Assembly (NCBI GenBank): GCA_963727185.1
Contig: CAVSFP010000023.1
Location: 576,581-640,580 of the forward strand
DNA from: an uncultured Actinomycetes bacterium
GTDB lineage: Bacteria; Actinomycetota; UBA4738; HRBIN12
Direction: 5' to 3'
DNA length: 64,000 nt
The notes below the pieces were generated by a model, which was given only the letters and a program-made list of their open reading frames with translations, made no database searches and had not been told where the DNA came from. Of the stretch, positions 57,285 to 64,000 are shown piece by piece; position 1 is the first letter of the stretch, and each line of letters opens with the position of its first letter. Position numbers and translations under genes: made by a program.

Positions 57285-58454
57285 TCAGTTCTTCAGGAAA
57301 TCCGGGATGTCCAGGTCCTCCTCGGCATCGAACGAGACCGTCGCCGGTTCGGGGTCGTTCGCGGTCGTGAACACGTCCATGTCGTCCTCGGCGTCGTCGG
57401 CGAGGATCGACGGCAGAGCATCCTCGCGCCCACCGGTCCGAACCGGCTCCTCGAGCAACCGGGACAGCCGGCTCTCGAAGCGGCTGGTCTCCGTCGAGGA
57501 CGTCGCGAGCTTGTCGAAGCCGGCCGCGACGACGGTGACGCGAACCTCCTCCCCGAGCGCGTCGTCCACGACGGCGCCGAAGATGATGTTCGCGTCGGGA
57601 TGCGCGACGCGGGTGATGTGGTCGGCCGCCGCGTTGACCTCGTGGAGCGAGAGGTCGGTGGGGCCGGCGATGGAGAGCAGCACGCCCTTGGCTCCGTCGA
57701 TCGACGACTCCAACAGCGGCGACGAGATGGCCGCCTTGGCCGCCTCGACCGCGCGGTTCTCACCGGTGCCGTGCCCGATGCCCATGAGGGCCGACCCGGC
57801 GCCGGTCATGACGGACTTCACGTCGGCGAAGTCGAGGTTGATGAGACCCGGCGTGGTGATCAGCGACGTGATGCCGTCGACGCCCTGGAACAGGACCTGA
57901 TCCGCCATGCGGAACGCCTCGATCATCGGGGTGTTCGGATCCGAGACCTGGAGGAGCCGATCGTTCGGCACGACGATGAGCGTGTCGACCGCCTTCTTCA
58001 GCTCCGTGATGCCGAGATCCGCCTGGGTCGCGCGCTTGCGGCCCTCGAACCCGAACGGTCGGGTGACGACGCCGATCGTAAGCGCACCCAGACCCTTCGC
58101 GATCTCGGCGACGACGGGCGCGCCGCCCGTCCCGGTGCCGCCGCCCTCGCCGGCGGTGATGAAGACCATGTCGGCGCCCTTGAGGATCTCCTCGATCTCA
58201 TCCGCGTGCTCATGAGCGGCGGAGCGCCCCACCTCCGGGTCGGAGCCGGCGCCGAGCCCGCGCGTCGTCTCGCGGCCGATGTCGAGCTTCACCTCGGCAT
58301 CGGACATCAGCAGCGTTTGGGCGTCGGTGTTGACGGCGATGAACTCGACGCCCCGGAGGCCTGCCTCGATCATCCGGTTCACCGCGTTCACACCGCCCCC
58401 GCCGATCCCGATGACCTTGATAACGGCGAGGTAGTTCTGGGGAGCATCCATCAT
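57285..58454 (-). CDS. ftsZ: cell-division GTPase FtsZ
   Basis: [29 protein letters not shown]...[13 protein letters not shown] (tubulin signature). Confidence 0.98.
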   Translation of the reverse strand: MMDAPQNYLAVIKVIGIGGGGVNAVNRMIEAGLRGVEFIAVNTDAQTLLMSDAEVKLDIGRETTRGLGAGSDPEVGRSAAHEHADEIEEILKGADMVFITAGEGGGTGTGGAPVVAEIAKGLGALTIGVVTRPFGFEGRKRATQADLGITELKKAVDTLIVVPNDRLLQVSDPNTPMIEAFRMADQVLFQGVDGITSLITTPGLINLDFADVKSVMTGAGSALMGIGHGTGENRAVEAAKAAISSPLLESSIDGAKGVLLSIAGPTDLSLHEVNAAADHITRVAHPDANIIFGAVVDDALGEEVRVTVVAAGFDKLATSSTETSRFESRLSRLLEEPVRTGGREDALPSILADDAEDDMDVFTTANDPEPATVSFDAEEDLDIPDFLKN

Positions 58455-58525
58455 CGATCTCGTCCTTCGAACATCGGGCCAAGTGCGACCCGCTACCTAC
58501 CTGGGGAAACGCCGTATGAAGCCGA

Positions 58526-58560
58526 ATAACCATAACCGTCAAGCTCACGGTTATTGTTAT
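58526..58560. promoter_or_regulatory. AT-rich 13-bp inverted repeat (1 mismatch) ATAACCATAACCG-N9-CGGTTATTGTTAT upstream of ftsZ
   Basis: Lies 72-106 nt upstream of the ftsZ ATG. The minus-strand loop/arm contains TTGACG. Confidence 0.5.
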
Positions 58561-58660
58561 ATCTACCTCACGTATAGGGCGGAACGCTACTAAGAAACTG
58601 CAGGTCCGTCAAGCATCCCGGGACCGGCGATTGTGTCTCGGGATGACAGCGAACCATCCG

Positions 58661-59596
58661 TCACGGCGCCACGACCGCCCCACCCGAGAGGACCGCGGTC
58701 GGAGCCGACGGCACGCGAACGTCCGCGGAGATCACGGACGCGCCCTTCCCCACCGCGTAGTCGAGCAGCGCCCGCAGAGCCATCGCCTTCTCCGACAGAT
58801 CCACCGCCTCGCCGTAAGCGACTTCCGCCCCGGACGTGAGGTCGACGCGGAGTTGCCCGTCGGACAGGATCGACACGCCATGGACGCGACCCCGGAGGGT
58901 CGGAGCCATCGCCGCGATCGCCCGAGCCGCTCCCCCGATAGCGCCCGGCCCCGGCCGGACACCGGGCTCGGTCGACGCGATGGTGGGCAACCCGGCCGCC
59001 GTGCGAGGCAGCGCCGCCTCGAGGAGGGCGCCGTCGTTCGCGACGAGGCGCAGCGCTCCCCCGGTTTCCACGACGGCGACCGCGACGCGTTCGTGGATGT
59101 CGATGACCAACGTCGAGGGCAGGTCCTTCGTGACCGTTGCCTGCGCGATCCAGGGATCCCTCTCCAGCCGCGCCTCGGCGGATCCGGCGTCGAGCGTGAA
59201 CACGTTCGTCCCGGGTGTGATCCCGGCGATCCGCAGGACCTCCGATCTGGTCACGTGTGACGTCCCTCGGACCTCGATCTTGTGGGCGGCGAAATACGGG
59301 CTCCTGGTCAGCGTCACGGTCGCGGCGCCGAGCAGCACCGTCGCGATGAACGCGAGCGCCGCGATCTTCCGGACACGATCATGCGGTCCGGCAACGCGTG
59401 GCTGTGTTGGTCCGTCGGTCGCCGCCGGCTCGGGAGCAGACGCTGCATCGGGAGACGCCTCGGCTTCGATCGCTCCGATCGGACCCGCCTCCGGCGCCGT
59501 CTCCTCGACGACATCGGAGGCGTGGGACGCGTCGGTCGGGTCGGGGTCGGCCTCCGTCCCCTCGATGAAGACGACCGGTTCAACGTCGGGCATCAT
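58661..59596 (-). CDS. ftsQ: cell-division protein FtsQ (POTRA domain) with acidic N-terminal extension
   Basis: ...TM segment IAALAFIATVLLGAATV...FAAHKIEVRGTSHVTRSEVLRIAGITPGTNVFTLD... Confidence 0.88.
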   Translation of the reverse strand: MMPDVEPVVFIEGTEADPDPTDASHASDVVEETAPEAGPIGAIEAEASPDAASAPEPAATDGPTQPRVAGPHDRVRKIAALAFIATVLLGAATVTLTRSPYFAAHKIEVRGTSHVTRSEVLRIAGITPGTNVFTLDAGSAEARLERDPWIAQATVTKDLPSTLVIDIHERVAVAVVETGGALRLVANDGALLEAALPRTAAGLPTIASTEPGVRPGPGAIGGAARAIAAMAPTLRGRVHGVSILSDGQLRVDLTSGAEVAYGEAVDLSEKAMALRALLDYAVGKGASVISADVRVPSAPTAVLSGGAVVAP

Positions 59597-60512
59597 CGAA
59601 CGCTCCGATCAGCTTGACCTCGGGATCGAGCGTGATGCCGGCCGAGTCCTCGACCAGCCGTTGAACATCGCGGATGAGCGCCAGGACGTCGGACGCCCGC
59701 GCTCCCGGTTCGGCCAGGATGAAGTTCGAATGCTTGCGCGAGACGGATGCACCGCCCACGCGAAGACCCTTGCCTCCTGCCGCCTCGATCAGTCGGGCGG
59801 CATGGTCGCCTTCGGGATTGGTGAACACGCTCCCGCAGTTCGGCTCGGCCAGCGGCTGGGTCCGGCGTCGCCACTCCCGTGCCTCGTCCATCCGGGCCCG
59901 GATCTCGGTGGCATCCGCCGCCTCCAACCGGACGACGGCACCCGTCACCACCGCGTCGGCCTGGAGGGCGGATCGCCGGTACGCGAACCCCGCGTCCCGC
60001 CCCAGGACCGTCTCCGCCCGCCCGTCCCGCAGCCTGTACGTCGCGATCCGGTCGAGTACCTGGGACATCGTTCCCCCGTGCGCTCCGGCGTTCATGCGAA
60101 CCGCCCCGCCGAGCGTGGCGGGGATCGCGACGCCGAACTCCAGCCCGGCGAGTCCATGCCGCAGCGCGACGCCGGCGAGCGCGGGAAGGGGGATCGAGCC
60201 TCCGGCGGTCAGGAGCGTCCCCTCGCGAGCAGCCCACCGATAGCCGCGCCCGAGCCGCAGGACCAATCCGGGGAACCCCGCGTCGGACACCAGGATGTTG
60301 GAGCCCTTGCCGATCACGATGAACGGCACGTCGGTCGCGACGATCGCCTCTCCCGCCGCCGCGAGGTCGGCGTCCGACTCGGGCTCGAGGTAGAGCGCGG
60401 CGGGCCCACCGAGTCGGAACGACGTGAGCGGGGCGAGCGGGAACGCGGTGCGAACCCGGTCGCCTGCCGCGGCCCGGAGGATGCGCTCAGCGCGGGCGAG
60501 CGGGTCGGTCAC
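59580..60512 (-). CDS. murB: UDP-N-acetylenolpyruvoylglucosamine reductase
   Basis: GTG 60512 overlaps the murC stop (GTGA). ...LAPLTSFRLGGPAALY...IGKGSNILVSD...GIPATLGGAVRMNAGAHGG... Confidence 0.92.
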   Translation of the reverse strand: MTDPLARAERILRAAAGDRVRTAFPLAPLTSFRLGGPAALYLEPESDADLAAAGEAIVATDVPFIVIGKGSNILVSDAGFPGLVLRLGRGYRWAAREGTLLTAGGSIPLPALAGVALRHGLAGLEFGVAIPATLGGAVRMNAGAHGGTMSQVLDRIATYRLRDGRAETVLGRDAGFAYRRSALQADAVVTGAVVRLEAADATEIRARMDEAREWRRRTQPLAEPNCGSVFTNPEGDHAARLIEAAGGKGLRVGGASVSRKHSNFILAEPGARASDVLALIRDVQRLVEDSAGITLDPEVKLIGAFDDARR

Positions 60513-61951
60513 GACGCCTCCCGGATCCGCTCGAGCGCCGCGTCGCCCAACATCCAGACGTCGCCACATCCCATCGTGACCACCAGGTCCCCCGCACGTA
60601 CCTCGTCGCCCAGGAAGCGCACCACGTCGCTCCGGCGCGGGAGGTACACGACGCGGGTCGCCGGCGAGGCCTCGGCGATGCCGTCGACCACGAGCTTGCC
60701 CGTGACGCCGGGGATCGGGGCTTGGTCGGCGCCGTAGACGTCGGTCACCACCACGACGTCCGCCTCGATGAGGCTCTCGCCCAGCTCGCGCCAGAGCGCC
60801 TGCGTCCGGGAGTACCGGTGAGGCTGGAAGACAGCCACGATCCTCGCCGGGCCGGTGCGGCGGGCCACCCCCAACGTCACGGCGAGCTCGACGGGAACAT
60901 GGCCGTAGTCGTCGTAGAAGTCGGCGCCACGGGCATTGCCTCGAAGCTCGAACCGACGACGGACGCCCGCGAACCCTGCCAGCGCTTCTGCGGCGGCGGG
61001 GGGCGCGACCCCCACCGACTCGGCGGTCGCCACGGCGGCGACGGCGTTCAGGAGGTTGTGCGCGCCGTCCACCCGGAGCGCCAGCGTCGTCACGACCCCG
61101 TCGGGACCGGTCACCTCACCGCGCGCCCCGCCGGGCCCCACCGCGTCGATCGCCAGCGTCCAGTCGTTCGCCGGGTCCGTCCCGTACGTGACCACCTTGG
61201 TGTCAGCCAGCAACATCGCCGTCCGGACGCCGGGGTCGTCGCCACACACCACGACGACCTCGCACTGCGTCATGAACTCGGCGAACGCCGATTCGATCTC
61301 GTCGCGCCCGCCCGGGTAGAAGTCCACGTGGTCCACATCCACGTTCGTCACGATCCCGATCGGATGCGGAGCCAACAGGAACGAGCCGTCGCTCTCGTCG
61401 GCTTCGAAGACGAACAGCTCCCCCGCGCCCGACCGTGCGCCGCTCCCACTCTCGTTCATGTCGCCGCCGATGAGGAAGCTCGGGTCGAGGCCCGCTCGTT
61501 CCAGCACCACGGCCACCATGGACGTCGTCGTGGTCTTGCCGTGCGTGCCCGCCACGGCGATCGCACGTTTCCCGGCGGTGAGGGCTGCCAGCGCCTGCGC
61601 GCGAGCCCACACCGGCACCTCGCGACGACGGGCCGCTTCGAGCTCCACGTTGCGATCGCGGATGGCGCTCGACACGACGACGGCGTCGGGGTCGTGGTCG
61701 CCGATGTTCGTCGGATCGTGTCCGACCGTGACATCGGCGCCAAGCGCTCGGAGCTCGCCGAGCCCTTTCGAATCCTTCAGATCCGACCCGCTGACGGCGA
61801 TCCCCCGGGCGAGCAGGAGCTTCGCGAGGTTCCGCATGCCGGCGCCGCCGATCCCGATCATGTGGAGGCGGGCGACGCCGTCGAGCGACGGCACGTCGAG
61901 CGTGGGGATGCTTCCCGCGGGTGGCACGTAGCGCTCGCGGGCGCCTGTCAT
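60509..61951 (-). CDS. murC: UDP-N-acetylmuramate--L-alanine ligase
   Basis: ...LHMIGIGGAGMRNLAKLLLARG...AVAGTHGKTTTTSM... Confidence 0.95.
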   Translation of the reverse strand: MTGARERYVPPAGSIPTLDVPSLDGVARLHMIGIGGAGMRNLAKLLLARGIAVSGSDLKDSKGLGELRALGADVTVGHDPTNIGDHDPDAVVVSSAIRDRNVELEAARRREVPVWARAQALAALTAGKRAIAVAGTHGKTTTTSMVAVVLERAGLDPSFLIGGDMNESGSGARSGAGELFVFEADESDGSFLLAPHPIGIVTNVDVDHVDFYPGGRDEIESAFAEFMTQCEVVVVCGDDPGVRTAMLLADTKVVTYGTDPANDWTLAIDAVGPGGARGEVTGPDGVVTTLALRVDGAHNLLNAVAAVATAESVGVAPPAAAEALAGFAGVRRRFELRGNARGADFYDDYGHVPVELAVTLGVARRTGPARIVAVFQPHRYSRTQALWRELGESLIEADVVVVTDVYGADQAPIPGVTGKLVVDGIAEASPATRVVYLPRRSDVVRFLGDEVRAGDLVVTMGCGDVWMLGDAALERIREAS

Positions 61952-63054
61952 GCGTTCGCCGCCTCGGCCACCAACGACGCGAATCGGTCCGCGGCGTCAG
62001 GTTTCGCCCACGCGCGAGCGCTCGCGCCCATCGAACGCAGCCGCTCCGGATCGTCCAGGAGCTCGATGACCGATCGAGCGAACGTCGACGGCGTGAGCTC
62101 CGCATCGGCCACGACCACGGCAGCGCCGACGCGCGCGAGCTCGCGGGCGTTCGCCGCTTGATGGTTCTCGGTCGCGTACGGATACGGCACCAGGACCGAC
62201 GGGAGCCCACAGACGGCGAGTTCGGCGATGGTCGTGGCCCCCGCGCGCGACACCACCAGATCGGCCGAGGCGTAGCCGAGCTCCATCCGATCGAGGAACG
62301 GGATCACCGTCACCCGAGCGGCTCCCGCGCGCTCGGCCGCGCCGTCGAAGGCGCCTTCACGACCGGGACCCGCGACCACCAGCAGTTGCAGGTCCCTCCG
62401 ATCAACGAACACCGGCAGGGCGGCCGCTACCACCTGGTCCAGATGCAAGGCGCCCTGGCTCCCGCCCGTCACCATCACCGTGCGCCGCGCCGGGTCGAGG
62501 CCCAGCACCGTTTCCGCCTCGGCGATGAGGTCCTCTCGACGGTCCGGCACGTCGAGGATCGCTCGACCGACCGGATAGCCGATCGTCTCGACCCGCGCAC
62601 CCCCCCGGATCCGGCCGCGGGCATCCTCGAACGCGATGGCGATGGCAGACGCCCATCGTGCGAGGAGTCGATTCGCCAGGCCGAGGACGGCGTTCGGCTC
62701 GTGGAGCACGATCGGGATGTGCGCTCGCCGGGCGGCGAGGATCGGCGGGACGCTGACGTAGCCCCCCAAGCCGACCGCAACATCCGCTCCCCGCACGAGC
62801 GGGGCGCACGCGAACATCGAGCGCGCCGCGACGAACGGCGCCTTCGCCGCTCGCATCGACACCTCACGGACGAACGGCGCGACATGGATGCCGTCGAACC
62901 GGTACCCCGCCGCAGGGACGCGCGTTGCCTCCTGGCCGTCGCGCGATCCGATGAAGCGCACGATCGCGCCGTGGTCGCGTACCAAGGTGTCCGCCAGTGA
63001 GAGCGCGGGGAAGATGTGTCCACCCGTCCCGCCCGCCGCGATCACGACGTTCAT
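61948..63054 (-). CDS. murG: undecaprenyldiphospho-muramoylpentapeptide beta-N-acetylglucosaminyltransferase
   Basis: ATG 63054 (ATGA overlap with ftsW): MNVVIAAGGTGGHIFPALSLADTL...VTGGSQGA... Confidence 0.95.
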   Translation of the reverse strand: MNVVIAAGGTGGHIFPALSLADTLVRDHGAIVRFIGSRDGQEATRVPAAGYRFDGIHVAPFVREVSMRAAKAPFVAARSMFACAPLVRGADVAVGLGGYVSVPPILAARRAHIPIVLHEPNAVLGLANRLLARWASAIAIAFEDARGRIRGGARVETIGYPVGRAILDVPDRREDLIAEAETVLGLDPARRTVMVTGGSQGALHLDQVVAAALPVFVDRRDLQLLVVAGPGREGAFDGAAERAGAARVTVIPFLDRMELGYASADLVVSRAGATTIAELAVCGLPSVLVPYPYATENHQAANARELARVGAAVVVADAELTPSTFARSVIELLDDPERLRSMGASARAWAKPDAADRFASLVAEAANA

Positions 63055-64000
63055 GCGGGCGCCCGCCCCGTCGAGATCCGCGACCCGCCCGCCGCCCCTT
63101 CCTTCCGACGCTTCCTCGCCGCGCGGGACGTGCTCGGGCGGTCGCCTCCGCCCGCCCGAGCGATCGACGCGAGCACGCCGACGGCGCCGAGGGTGACGAT
63201 GAGCGCGCTGCCGCCGAAGGACACGAAGGGCAGCGGGACGCCGGTGATCGGCAGGAGCCCCGTCACGGCGCCCAGGTTCACGATCGCCTGCAACCCGATC
63301 CACGACGTGATACCGGCTGCGAGGAGCCGCCCGAACGTGTCGGGGGCGCGGACCGCGATCCGGACACCCGCGTAGATCATCACGCCGAACGCGACGAGCA
63401 CGACCAGCTCTCCGATCAGCCCGAGCTCCTCCCCCAACACCGCGAAGATGAAGTCCGTGTGCGCGTTCGGCAGGTACGCCCATTTCTGGCGGCTGGCGCC
63501 GAGCCCGACCCCGAACCATCCGCCGGATCCGAGCGCGATCAAACCTTGGATCAGCTGATATCCGTTGGTCAGCGGGTCCTTCCATGGGTTGAAGAAGGAC
63601 AGGAACCGAGCGCGACGGTAGGCCGTTCCGAAGATGAGGTAGGCAAGACCGGTCAGCGTGATGAGACCCGTCACCGTCAGGTGACGCAGGCGCGCCCCCG
63701 CGACGAACAGCATCAGCAGAACGCTGCCCACGATCACGATCGTCGTCCCCAGGTCCCGCTGGAGCATCACGATGCCCGCGACGAGCAGCACGACGGGACC
63801 GAGCGGCAACGCGAGGTGCAGCCAGTCGTCGAGCTTGCCTTCCTTCTGTGCGAGGACCGCGGCGGTGAACGCGATCAACGCGAGCTTCGCGAACTCGGAC
63901 GGCTGCAGCGTGAACGGTCCCAAACCGATCCAGCGCGACGCGCCGTAGACCGACGAGCCCGCGGTCGGGTGGAGCGCCAGCAGGAGCAACAGCACCGAGA
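63051..64000 (-). CDS. ftsW: SEDS-family peptidoglycan polymerase FtsW, C-terminal part (N-terminus lies right of the window)
   Basis: ...LQPSEFAKLALI...AYLPNAHTDFIFAVLGEELGLIG...LPITGVPLPFVSFGGSAL. Confidence 0.93.
   Translation of the reverse strand, partial: SVLLLLLALHPTAGSSVYGASRWIGLGPFTLQPSEFAKLALIAFTAAVLAQKEGKLDDWLHLALPLGPVVLLVAGIVMLQRDLGTTIVIVGSVLLMLFVAGARLRHLTVTGLITLTGLAYLIFGTAYRRARFLSFFNPWKDPLTNGYQLIQGLIALGSGGWFGVGLGASRQKWAYLPNAHTDFIFAVLGEELGLIGELVVLVAFGVMIYAGVRIAVRAPDTFGRLLAAGITSWIGLQAIVNLGAVTGLLPITGVPLPFVSFGGSALIVTLGAVGVLASIARAGGGDRPSTSRAARKRRKEGAAGGSRISTGRAPA

Overview
High-G+C (judged by eye, not computed) chromosomal core segment with actinobacterial-type gene order: uvrC, uvrA, uvrB, ABC transporters, coaE-rpsA-polA, an FTR1 iron permease, a large amino-acid uptake/catabolism block, trpCBA, a hisA-like gene, dnaE, rluD-lspA, ileS, and the division/cell-wall cluster divIVA-yggT-sepF-yggS-ftsZ-ftsQ-murB-murC-murG-ftsW. 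There are about 60 protein genes, almost all on the minus strand and often joined by ATGA/GTGA overlaps, plus one tRNA-Leu(CAA) and one ileS T-box leader. I saw no rRNA, CRISPR array, transposase, integrase or recognisable defence or toxin module, and I did not find a convincing novel multi-gene system. This is mostly housekeeping DNA. Points worth a second look: (1) at least 10 reading-frame breaks in conserved genes (ileS, uvrA, S9 peptidase, class-V aminotransferase, DUF2203, lipoprotein/cupredoxin), mostly at G/C homopolymers. (2) A shared TGTC-N12-TAnnnT-N6/7-GTG leaderless promoter layout at uvrB and uvrA, weaker at uvrC and polA, resembling the mycobacterial RecA-independent damage promoter. 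(3) An inverted pair of perfect TTATCCACA boxes in the dnaE leader. (4) Two cupredoxin lipoproteins, one paired with the FTR1 permease and one split from a repeat lipoprotein that is read through from uvrA. (5) A solute-binding lipoprotein fusing two different binding-protein folds. (6) An orphan consensus promoter in a 300-nt convergent gap. (7) AT-rich and GC-rich inverted repeats flanking ftsZ. Start codons are my best reading and may be off by a few codons. Frame-break positions are approximate.
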